A stretch of 63,774 nucleotides of DNA, filler included, from a bacterium (GTDB lineage: Bacteria > JAMOTN01), in the NCBI GenBank assembly GCA_027062325.1. It is 9 parts of 9 records of this genome, joined end to end, with 100 filler letters (N's around TTAATTAATTAA, not from the genome) between each part and the next. Parts side by side here need not be neighbours in the genome. Positions count along the whole stretch, not along the records: positions 40,451 to 51,697 come from JAMOTN010000015.1; 8 more parts are not named here. One strand, 5' to 3'. Under the pieces are notes generated by a model, which saw only the letters and a program-made list of their open reading frames with translations, had not been told where the DNA came from and did not search any database. Numbering within the stretch: the first letter of the stretch is position 1; each line of letters begins with the position of its first letter. This document shows, piece by piece, positions 41,752 through 50,456 of this stretch. A program made the translations under genes and the position numbers.

Positions 41752-43449
41752 TCAATCCTCATCACGCTGAGTAACCCTCATAACCTCTTCAATCGTAGTC
41801 GTCCCCTCAACAACTTTTAAAAGCCCATCCTCACGTAGAGTCAACATGCCTTTTTGGCGTGCATAAAGCTTTATCTTAGTTGCAGGCACTTTATCAACGA
41901 TCATCTCTCTTATCTTCTCATCTGGAATCAATAGCTCATTTATACACGTCCTTCCAAGATACCCCGTTCCCTTACAAATCTCACAACCACGCCCCCTGTA
42001 AAAAGTCAAGCTCGAAACATCAACATTTGGCGGAAGTACAGTTTTTATCTGCTCAAGCATCTTAGGACTAAGCTTCACCTCTTCCTTACAATGTGGACAA
42101 ACCTTCCTAACAAGACGTTGAGCCATTATAGCAACAACACTCGAGGCTACTAAAAACGGCTCAACACCCATATCGATCAAGCGCGTCACAGCACTAGCCG
42201 CATCATTTGTGTGCAAAGTTGAAAAAACGAGGTGCCCTGTTAAAGCTGCACGAATCGCAATTTCAGCTGTCTCATAATCTCTTATCTCTCCAACCATTAT
42301 TACATCCGGATCCTGACGCAGTATAGAGCGCAATCCACTTGCAAAATTATACCCTGCTTTAGGATTAACTTGAGATTGATTCACAAGAGGTATCTTGTAC
42401 TCCACAGGATCCTCAATAGTAACAATATTCTTGTCTATGCTATTTATCTTTTGCAAAGCAGCATAAAGAGTTGTTGACTTTCCAGAACCAGTAGGACCTG
42501 TCACCAATATTATTCCATTAGGATACCGTATCACCTTATTAAATCTTTCAAGGACTGTAGGAGTAAATCCCAAATCCTCAAGTTTCATCACCATTTTACT
42601 TTTATCAAGAATTCTTATAACAACTTTTTCCCCATCAACCGTGGGAAAAGTAGAGACACGTAGATCTATCTTTCTACCATCAAGCTCATACATTATTCTT
42701 CCATCTTGAGGAACACGCTTTTCAGCAATATCAATATCAGACATTATCTTTATACGCGACACAACCGGAGCTTCTAAGTTTTTAGAGAGAGAAAGCACTT
42801 CATGTAAAACTCCATCTAATCTGTAGCGAACACGCAGTACTTTTTCATCTGGTTCAATATGAATATCACTTGCCTCATCTTTTATCGCATTCTTTATTAT
42901 CCGATCCACCAGTTGAACAATTGGCGCATCATTCACCTCATAATCTTTGTTATCCAATTTAACCCCTAATATTGAAGACCTGCTACCCTCCTCTTTATAA
43001 GAAGCTCTATCCCCTGAAGATGCATAATATTTATTTATGGCTCTTTCCAATTCAGAAATAGTGGTCACCAACGGCTTTACTATACATCCCGTCATATCCT
43101 CAACTGTCTCTTTAACAAAAGTGTCAAACGGATCAACCATTGCAAGATTAAGTGTGTTGCCAACACGCATTAATGGAAAAACTTTGTATTTTCTACAAAA
43201 ATCCTCCGATAACAACTTTAAAACATCCTCATCCACCATCCAATTGTCAAGTTTTGCATGATTCACTCCCAATTTATCTTCCAAAAAACGGATCAAATCA
43301 GACTGTGAAACGAATCCATTTTTTACAAGAATGTATCCCAAACTTTCTCCGGTCTTTTTCTGCAAAGCCAACGCCTTCTTCAAGGTTCCTTCATCTATCA
43401 ATCCATATTTCACAAGCGCTGCTCCAAACTTGAGCCTCTCAGTTACCAT
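41752..43449 (-). CDS. pilB: Type IV pilus / type II secretion assembly ATPase (PilB/GspE)
   Basis: ASDIHIEP, PQDGR, GPTGSGKSTT, EDPVEY, LRQDPD, GHLVFSTLHTN, CxxC...CxxC zinc site; MshEN-like N-terminus. Confidence 0.93.
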   Translation of the reverse strand: MVTERLKFGAALVKYGLIDEGTLKKALALQKKTGESLGYILVKNGFVSQSDLIRFLEDKLGVNHAKLDNWMVDEDVLKLLSEDFCRKYKVFPLMRVGNTLNLAMVDPFDTFVKETVEDMTGCIVKPLVTTISELERAINKYYASSGDRASYKEEGSRSSILGVKLDNKDYEVNDAPIVQLVDRIIKNAIKDEASDIHIEPDEKVLRVRYRLDGVLHEVLSLSKNLEAPVVSRIKIMSDIDIAEKRVPQDGRIMYELDGRKIDLRVSTFPTVDGEKVVIRILDKSKMVMKLEDLGFTPTVLERFNKVIRYPNGIILVTGPTGSGKSTTLYAALQKINSIDKNIVTIEDPVEYKIPLVNQSQVNPKAGYNFASGLRSILRQDPDVIMVGEIRDYETAEIAIRAALTGHLVFSTLHTNDAASAVTRLIDMGVEPFLVASSVVAIMAQRLVRKVCPHCKEEVKLSPKMLEQIKTVLPPNVDVSSLTFYRGRGCEICKGTGYLGRTCINELLIPDEKIREMIVDKVPATKIKLYARQKGMLTLREDGLLKVVEGTTTIEEVMRVTQRDED

Positions 43450-43454
43450 TAACA

Positions 43455-43958
43455 TCACCAATCCTCATTGTAATGGTAGTGAAACATATCTCCTAAAAAA
43501 GCATCTATGAAGTTAGCCCGGTTAAAACAAAATCTTTTGGCCATAAGAACCGCTTCATTCAAAATTTTCTCAGGTATATCCGGAGCAAAGTATATGAGCT
43601 CGCCAAGTCCCACTCTCAAAATTGCCAAAGTAACAGTATCCGGCACCTCTTTTTCCGCTTGTTTCATAAAAAAGCGAATTTGTCTATCAATTTCCGACAA
43701 ATTGTCAAATATCACTGTATACAAACGTATAAACTTATCCTTTGCCTCTTCTGGATACTCTTCAAAATCTCCCCCTAAAACCTCATCAACCGCAAAATCC
43801 TCCTCTACAAAGCTTTCTAAAATGTAATCAGACAAAACATCCATCTCTCCAAATCCCAGTCCCAATTTATCCCTCCATATTTCCAACCAAGAATAAGCCA
43901 TCACACAGAGTATTCGCGCTAAGTGTGAATAACTGTAAGGCATCCTCTTATCTGCCAT
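43455..43958 (-). CDS. Divergent NusB-family protein
   Basis: ID..I.....AILR.G..EL......P....NEAV..AKRF....FI.A.L pattern. Confidence 0.7.
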   Translation of the reverse strand: MADKRMPYSYSHLARILCVMAYSWLEIWRDKLGLGFGEMDVLSDYILESFVEEDFAVDEVLGGDFEEYPEEAKDKFIRLYTVIFDNLSEIDRQIRFFMKQAEKEVPDTVTLAILRVGLGELIYFAPDIPEKILNEAVLMAKRFCFNRANFIDAFLGDMFHYHYNEDW

Positions 43959-44010
43959 AACTCTCCCCCTTTCAAAACTGCAATCACAAAGCAGAAAAGT
44001 AAATCAAACG

Positions 44011-44820
44011 CTACTCTGATAACTGTAAAGTCTCTTGATGCACACTCGGCTTCTCTGAGTATCCCTTGTCCTCGTAATATTTTAAATTCTCCCTGTACTT
44101 GCCAAGTTTAAAGTCAACAAAAGCCTTCCACGGGAAAAACAGCAAACTCTGTGCTGGAATTCCCTTCCTTCCAATGTCGCGCCACGAAGGTTCCAACTCC
44201 ATTACCTTTGAAAGCATAGTTAAAACTTCCGTTTTCAAAGAAGTTTCAGCATTTTGTAATTTAACCAAAAACTCCTCTAAGCATTGAGCCATAGTTGAAA
44301 ATACATCTCGTACTAAATTTGGCAGATTCGCATCTTCGGATAACTTTTTGTAAAAAATCACACTTTTTTGCAAATACTTTTCCACATCAAGTCTGGGCTG
44401 TTTTTCAAACTCCTTAAATACAGAAGCGTAAAGCTTCAAACTCTGCTCAACTTTAGAAAGCAATTTGGGATCACTGAAAAACTTAAAATTTTTCACTAAG
44501 TTATTCATAATCTTTTTCCTAGAATCTAAAGCCTCATCTACAAACTTAAAGTCCTCAATTCGAAAGGTTATTAAATCAGGGGATAACCCAGTAATTTTTT
44601 TAGAGTTGTATTTCAAAACTTTGACTTGAGTTTCTATTTCATACAAACTCCCCAATGCTTGAGAAAAAAACAAGTTGGGGTTAGAAACTATATAACTGCT
44701 GTAATCTTGCCATTTTTGATACTCATTAATCCAATCTGATGCAATATTTGGCGACACTTGCCCAGTAAAAAGCAAACTTGCAAAAAAGCTTATAACTATG
44801 AAAAGCTGCATTAAAACCAC
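44011..44820 (-). CDS. Exported helical hypothetical protein
   Basis: Signal peptide; overlaps the upstream gene end. Confidence 0.55.
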   Translation of the reverse strand: MVLMQLFIVISFFASLLFTGQVSPNIASDWINEYQKWQDYSSYIVSNPNLFFSQALGSLYEIETQVKVLKYNSKKITGLSPDLITFRIEDFKFVDEALDSRKKIMNNLVKNFKFFSDPKLLSKVEQSLKLYASVFKEFEKQPRLDVEKYLQKSVIFYKKLSEDANLPNLVRDVFSTMAQCLEEFLVKLQNAETSLKTEVLTMLSKVMELEPSWRDIGRKGIPAQSLLFFPWKAFVDFKLGKYRENLKYYEDKGYSEKPSVHQETLQLSE

Positions 44821-46109
44821 CTCTTGAAGAATGATTTCTTCCTACTTTTTTTCCTTCCCTGAGTAGCAAAAGTAGATATATTTTTTAAAACATTGGCAAG
44901 TTCATCCGCTTTATCTTTCATTCCATACTCTTTTGCCCTATCCAAGAGAAACGAAACGTAAGTTTTAGCAACTCCTATCGGCATTACTTTCAAATTTTGA
45001 TCAAGCTGCTCTATTGCAGCAACCAAACGTTTTTTGAAATCTGCAACTTTATTTTTATATGCATTGTAAAGTTCAAGATACTTCAAAAAGTACGAAGGCT
45101 GTTTAAAAACCTCTTCAAACTTTTTAGACTTTGTAGAAAAATATTGAGAATAGCGCATTTTTATAGCCAATTTATCAATATTTTCTATCTCTTTTAAATA
45201 CTCTCCCCCTATACTTGAATAAGCGCACCTTAACAACCATACACCCTCCTGATTGAAAAATCCAAGTGGAATATCAGGACTTCTAAATGAAAGAAGATCC
45301 GAGGCTACCCTTTCCCACGAACCTGCAAAAGCCTCAAACAAAGCTTTAACCTCTTTAACACCATTGTTAAACGCCAGTTCTCCCGTTCCATTCTCTATCC
45401 TTGACATTTGCTCTAAAAAATATGCCACATCTCCAACAACAGCCGCAGCTCTAAGCTGTAAAATCACTACATCTGCCAAGTTAAACGGATAAGATGCGTA
45501 TTTGAAGTTTATAGGATTCACCGCAGTCCCCGGAAAAGTCCACCCTTTATCAAGCTTTTTCAAAACCTTTTTAAAAGTTCTATCTATTTCAAAACGCAAT
45601 TCCTTTTCAAAAGCAGCAAGCGAGTTCTTTAAATCAGCATAATTCTTATAATAACCTGCCTCCAGAGAAAGCTCTCTAACCAACAACTTGATGAATTTTT
45701 CATCAAGCTCTGCACCTATCTCCTTGGAATACTTAAGAGCTGCCCTAAACGCTTCACGTATTTTTCTCTTTGAAACATCTCCATGCATGTACATCCAACC
45801 AAGAAGTGCCTGACAAAACGAGTAATAAGCAGCAGCCTTCCTCCTAACTGTTCCCCCACTTTTGAAGTATATCTTCAAAAGTTTTGAACTCCAGTTCGTA
45901 AGCTGCCCCTCATCAAACATTATTAGAGAGTTCTCCATCTCTGTCTTAACTTGCCAAAGCTTTTGCTCTTCACTAATAGCTAAAATACTCTCCCCCTTTT
46001 CCTTACCAACACCACATCCTGTAAGAAAAATACTGGACAAAATCCCAACCAGCACAACAATTAACCATACAAATCTCATCTCAATAATATCAGACCAAAG
46101 AATCCGCAT
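44811..46109 (-). CDS. Helical lipoprotein, hypothetical; start 46109 or 46079
   Basis: Hydrophobic stretch ending in the LTGC lipobox. Confidence 0.6.
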   Translation of the reverse strand: MRILWSDIIEMRFVWLIVVLVGILSSIFLTGCGVGKEKGESILAISEEQKLWQVKTEMENSLIMFDEGQLTNWSSKLLKIYFKSGGTVRRKAAAYYSFCQALLGWMYMHGDVSKRKIREAFRAALKYSKEIGAELDEKFIKLLVRELSLEAGYYKNYADLKNSLAAFEKELRFEIDRTFKKVLKKLDKGWTFPGTAVNPINFKYASYPFNLADVVILQLRAAAVVGDVAYFLEQMSRIENGTGELAFNNGVKEVKALFEAFAGSWERVASDLLSFRSPDIPLGFFNQEGVWLLRCAYSSIGGEYLKEIENIDKLAIKMRYSQYFSTKSKKFEEVFKQPSYFLKYLELYNAYKNKVADFKKRLVAAIEQLDQNLKVMPIGVAKTYVSFLLDRAKEYGMKDKADELANVLKNISTFATQGRKKSRKKSFFKRWF

Positions 46110-47868
46110 CTCTCTTTATCCTCACCGCCTTTTTGCGAGCTGCAGAAAGGGCTCCCGTCTTTAAATCCTGCTTATCCCTAAACCTTATCATACCAGTCTC
46201 TATAAGCTTATTCAAAAGTCTATCAATTCTCGCATACCTGTACTTGTCTTCCTCCCCTTTAAATCCAAGCTCCACAAATTTGTTCTCTTCTATGAAGAAG
46301 AAAAACTGCACAACTGGTGGATAACCTTCTGGAGCATCCCTGTTTTTGTCAAGGTACAGGTTAACTATATCAATCTTTGGAACATTTTCTGGATCTTTTC
46401 CCATCTCACGCGCTTTTATTCGCAGTTGGTTCTCAAGCTCTGCTGTATCCTCCCAATCCTTTGCAAGAATCATAGCAACGTCCAAGTCGTACTCTATATC
46501 CCCTGATCCTTTTGTATGATACATAGTAGGCCTTCCTTTACCCGGTCCCGAATCCAATTCACATCCTTCACGAGTTAAAGAAGATATGACAACTATTGGA
46601 CAATTCAACTCTATCGTAAGCCTCTTTATATCCGTCGATATCTCCTCAATTTTGAAACGCTCTGTGGAATACTCTTTAGGATACGGCATCTTCTGGAGGT
46701 AATCTAGGAATATGACAATGTCATCCGTACCATGAATTTCCATCGCATTGTATGCGTAAGCCTTTATTCTGTCAACCGTATCTTTTTTGGATCCCTCCAT
46801 TATATAGAAGTAATCCATATACTCCTCCATCTTTTTCCAACCTGCTGCAAACCTTTCCATAAGCTCCGGATTCTTGGTTATGTCTTTTCTGCGCAAAGTA
46901 TCTGGATTTATTCTACTCTCTTTTGCCAAAATACGATAAGTTAACGTTTTTCGCGTTTGCTCCCATGAAAAAAACAACACTGGTATCTTCTCATTGCGAG
47001 CAACCGTAGTTGCCAATTCCAAAGTAAGGGAAGTCTTTCCACGACGAGGTGCTCCCGCAATCGCATAGAAAAAGCCTTTTCTCAAGCCAGAAAGGGCTAA
47101 ATTTAGATCGTTGTAAGGCTGGAGAGAATAACCAAGCGTTTCAATCTCCCCCGTCTTTGCCCTTTCCTCTATTTCTTTTGCAATTTCTATGAGTTCTGAC
47201 TTTATTAACTTTATAGACTGTCCAGTGTGAGCCTTCTGAATTTCTCTTAAGTCGCGAACAAGTATGTTTACAAACTCAAGAACTGGAGTATTGGTATTCT
47301 CTTTTCCATCGATATAATCGTCAATTTTTCTTCTAACAAGTTTTAGTCTCTCTATGCTCGCTCTTTCCCTTAAACGTGCAAGATACTCCATCATGCTACC
47401 AAGCTGAACTGGCGGCTGATGCACTATTAAGTCAAGCACTTCCTCAATCTCGGGAGTCAACTCATTTTGTCGCTTTAAAAAATCCTGCACTAAAAATCTG
47501 TCCCAACTCTTTCCCTGTTTGTAGAAATAAACAAGTAGTTCCGCTATTTTACGAGTTGCAGGATGATAAAGCATATCCGGAGAAAAACCCTCATTCAGCA
47601 TCTTTCCCAAAACAAACTTATCTTTGAATATTCCTGTCAAAAACGTTATATCAAGCTCTCCGTATTTTTTTAGAAGTTGAGCCTCTCTTGAGGTTGAAGT
47701 AGTAACTGTAGGAGAAGAAGTTATAGCTTCTTGCAAAAAAGCTTTTCCTTTGAATCCACCACCTGCAGCCGCAAAGCTTTTAAATTTTTCAAATGCACAA
47801 TCTGCACATATACTTGTCATCCAATTATCAGGTAGCTCTTTCCCACAAACTTCACATCTTTTAGGCAT
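46090..47868 (-). CDS. Divergent DnaB-like SF4 helicase with an N-terminal C4 zinc finger
   Basis: MPKRCEVC-x12-CADC; DnaB NTD-like region (FSPDMLYHP); SGL.KG, GAPRRGKT, FFSWEQ, LDYLQ, ELNCPIVVISSLTR, SGDIEYDLD, KNRD; GAGGTG SD. Confidence 0.8.
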   Translation of the reverse strand: MPKRCEVCGKELPDNWMTSICADCAFEKFKSFAAAGGGFKGKAFLQEAITSSPTVTTSTSREAQLLKKYGELDITFLTGIFKDKFVLGKMLNEGFSPDMLYHPATRKIAELLVYFYKQGKSWDRFLVQDFLKRQNELTPEIEEVLDLIVHQPPVQLGSMMEYLARLRERASIERLKLVRRKIDDYIDGKENTNTPVLEFVNILVRDLREIQKAHTGQSIKLIKSELIEIAKEIEERAKTGEIETLGYSLQPYNDLNLALSGLRKGFFYAIAGAPRRGKTSLTLELATTVARNEKIPVLFFSWEQTRKTLTYRILAKESRINPDTLRRKDITKNPELMERFAAGWKKMEEYMDYFYIMEGSKKDTVDRIKAYAYNAMEIHGTDDIVIFLDYLQKMPYPKEYSTERFKIEEISTDIKRLTIELNCPIVVISSLTREGCELDSGPGKGRPTMYHTKGSGDIEYDLDVAMILAKDWEDTAELENQLRIKAREMGKDPENVPKIDIVNLYLDKNRDAPEGYPPVVQFFFFIEENKFVELGFKGEEDKYRYARIDRLLNKLIETGMIRFRDKQDLKTGALSAARKKAVRIKRDADSLV

Positions 47869-47905
47869 AAAAAACACCTCTTCAAAACCTTTTAAACTTA
47901 CACAC

Positions 47906-48154
47906 CTATTCCAAAATTTCTATAACCTCAAGTCCACTCAACTCACTCTTGGCTCCTTCTAAAAATTCAAGAAGCTCATTTTTTAAGCCTGAAGTAGTCG
48001 ATAACTTGAGTCGTGCTTCAAAAGAATCAAGACATGTGCACACTGCTAAATTATCCGCCGCCTTTATCATCTCATCAAAAAAACCAACTTCTGCTCTATC
48101 AAGATGTACTATAACCTCGACTGGCAAAGTAACTTCTCTTGCCAAGAACATCAC
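47906..48154 (-). CDS. DUF4911-like small protein
   Basis: LDRAEVGFF..MI.A.DNLA..T.LD pattern; about 80 aa. Confidence 0.6.
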   Translation of the reverse strand: MMFLAREVTLPVEVIVHLDRAEVGFFDEMIKAADNLAVCTCLDSFEARLKLSTTSGLKNELLEFLEGAKSELSGLEVIEILE

Positions 48155-48156
48155 TC

Positions 48157-49650
48157 CTAATTAAAATTTGCCGACAAACTTTTAACATAGTTATTGAGCC
48201 TTTTCAAAACCCTTTCCTTCCCAAGCCAGTACACAACCTCTGTAATGTTTGGTCCATCTGCCAAGTTGGTAGCCACTAATCTAAAAGGTTTGTACAAGTT
48301 TTTACCCTTGCAGCCCTGTTTTATTGCCAACTTAAAAGTAGCTTTTATGGATTCCATACTCCATTCGCAACCTTGTAAATTTTCAACTAAAGCATACAAA
48401 ACCTCACAAAATTTACTCCAATTATCACAAAACTTAATTCTATCTTCATCTGAAATTACTTTATCCTCTAAAACTTCAAGCAAAATCTTTACCAATTCAT
48501 AAAAATTGGCAGCATTTTCTCTGAAAAGATACGCCAAATTCAAAACGTTACCCTTTTCCGAAACGAAATATTTAGACAACCTATTAACAACACCTTTCAC
48601 ATTTTCCAAAAGATTTTCTACATCTTCGGTATACGCCTTCTCCTTCTTTACATAAGCAATCCAATTTTCAAATTCCCTTACAAACTCCTCAAAACCCAAC
48701 TCCTTCATGTGAACAGAGTTTATATATCTCAATTTATCAAGATCAAAACGAGCAGGCGAAGTATTTAAACGCTCTACTGTAAATCTATTCACAAGCTCTT
48801 CAACTTTGAAAATTTCCTTCTCTTCAGGATGCGACCATCCCATGAGTGCAAGCCAATTCACAACTGACTGAGGAAGGTACCCTGCAACATGCAATTCAAC
48901 AACTGTGGCACCCCCCTCTCGCTTTGAAAGTTTTTTACCTTCTTTATTCAATATCAGTGGAATATGGGCAAATTCTGGAACATCAAAACTTAAAGCTTTA
49001 TAAAGCAATATCTGCTTAGGTGTATTTGGCACGTGATCTTCTCCACGCAGAACAAAATTTATCCCCATTGTAGCATCGTCCACAACAACGCAATAATTAT
49101 ATGTATAGCTACCATCACCTCTTCTAACCACAAAATCCTCAAGATTTGCAGTGTTGTAAACAACCTCTCCCTTTACAAAATCACGCCACTTAACATCCTC
49201 ATTTTCAGGAACTGCAAAACGCCATGCAGCCCTTTGACCATCTCTTAAGCGTTGTTCTCTCTCTTCTCTTGAAAGTTTTCTACATGTTCCCGGGTATTTA
49301 TAAGGCTCTCCTTTTTCACGAGCTTTTTTTCTAGCTTCTTCAAGCTTCTGGGGATCACAAAAACACGGATAAATTTTTTCTTCACTTTTCAACTTTTCAA
49401 AGTATTCACCGTAAAAATCTGCCCTATCAGACTGCCTATAAAGCTCATCCCACATCAACCCCAACCACTCAAGCTGTTTTTTTATATCCTCCTCAAAGTA
49501 TTCGCGACTTCTTTCAGGATCCGTATCTTCTATTCTCAAAACGAACTTTCCACCCTTTGAACGCGCATGCAACCAGTTAAATAGAGCAGTTCTAGCCCCT
49601 CCAACGTGCAAGTATCCCGTAGGAGAGGGAGCAAATCTAACCTTTAACAT
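48157..49650 (-). CDS. gltX: Glutamate-tRNA ligase
   Basis: RFAPSPTG.LHVGG (HIGH), LRIEDTD, YPCFC, RGEDH, KLSKR. Confidence 0.97.
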   Translation of the reverse strand: MLKVRFAPSPTGYLHVGGARTALFNWLHARSKGGKFVLRIEDTDPERSREYFEEDIKKQLEWLGLMWDELYRQSDRADFYGEYFEKLKSEEKIYPCFCDPQKLEEARKKAREKGEPYKYPGTCRKLSREEREQRLRDGQRAAWRFAVPENEDVKWRDFVKGEVVYNTANLEDFVVRRGDGSYTYNYCVVVDDATMGINFVLRGEDHVPNTPKQILLYKALSFDVPEFAHIPLILNKEGKKLSKREGGATVVELHVAGYLPQSVVNWLALMGWSHPEEKEIFKVEELVNRFTVERLNTSPARFDLDKLRYINSVHMKELGFEEFVREFENWIAYVKKEKAYTEDVENLLENVKGVVNRLSKYFVSEKGNVLNLAYLFRENAANFYELVKILLEVLEDKVISDEDRIKFCDNWSKFCEVLYALVENLQGCEWSMESIKATFKLAIKQGCKGKNLYKPFRLVATNLADGPNITEVVYWLGKERVLKRLNNYVKSLSANFN

Positions 49651-49667
49651 TACACTTCACCTCTAAC

Positions 49668-50456
49668 CTAAGCTTTCTCATCTGAAGGTCCTATAACAGC
49701 AAATCCCATAAAAAGTTGCATTGGTGAATTAGCAAGTGCGTGTCCACAACGTCCAAAAGCAGCAACGCAAATTCTTCCATGTCCTCTTACCACAGAAACC
49801 TTAAATCCACCACCAAGTCCAGGATTTACCGCTGCAAGCTGTAAATAAACATCTCGTACAGCATTCGATATAGCTATCTTTTCATTTGAATCTTCCTTTA
49901 TAACACCGCGCGCAATAGCTGCCACAATTGCACTTTCTCTCATCTTTATTGGAAGCTGTTCAGCCGTAGCTCCTACTTGAGTTATAGCAGCTTTATAACC
50001 CTCCTCTCGGCACTTTTCCAACCAATGCTCCTCTTTGCTCCTATCCGTACTCATAGCAAGGTATATAGCTGCTCTTTCTGGAGTAAGCTCCGGATATTTT
50101 CCTTCAAATACGGCATCTTCAACTAATTCTTTAGGGGTTATAATCCCCACAACCTTTCCCTTTTCAAGAACAGGGATATAAGAAAGCCGATTAATTGTCA
50201 TAAGCTTTGCAGCCTCTTTAACTTCTTCTTCTCCTTCAATCCCCAAAAATTTCTTATTCATAATCTTAGCAACAGGAGCATTATCATCATTTTCCTTAAG
50301 GAGATCAGTAGGATCAATAATACCAACTATCTCCCCTTCATCTTCAACCATGATACACTCAGGCTGATGTAAAAGCATTATTCTCTTAGCCTTTGCCACA
50401 GGCTCGTCTGCACTCATCTTAAAAAGAGTGGTTCTCATTACCTCCTTTACCTTCAT
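49668..50456 (-). CDS. CBS-pair domain fused to a HutP-family RNA-binding domain
   Basis: Two CBS repeats (VKEVM...VGII; VAKIM...IPV....VVGIIT); then AIYLAMS..R..E, GYKAA....G, ESAIVAA..RGVI.E, GGGFKV.VVR...I.VA.FG, MG..VI; GGAGGTG SD. Confidence 0.75.
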   Translation of the reverse strand: MKVKEVMRTTLFKMSADEPVAKAKRIMLLHQPECIMVEDEGEIVGIIDPTDLLKENDDNAPVAKIMNKKFLGIEGEEEVKEAAKLMTINRLSYIPVLEKGKVVGIITPKELVEDAVFEGKYPELTPERAAIYLAMSTDRSKEEHWLEKCREEGYKAAITQVGATAEQLPIKMRESAIVAAIARGVIKEDSNEKIAISNAVRDVYLQLAAVNPGLGGGFKVSVVRGHGRICVAAFGRCGHALANSPMQLFMGFAVIGPSDEKA

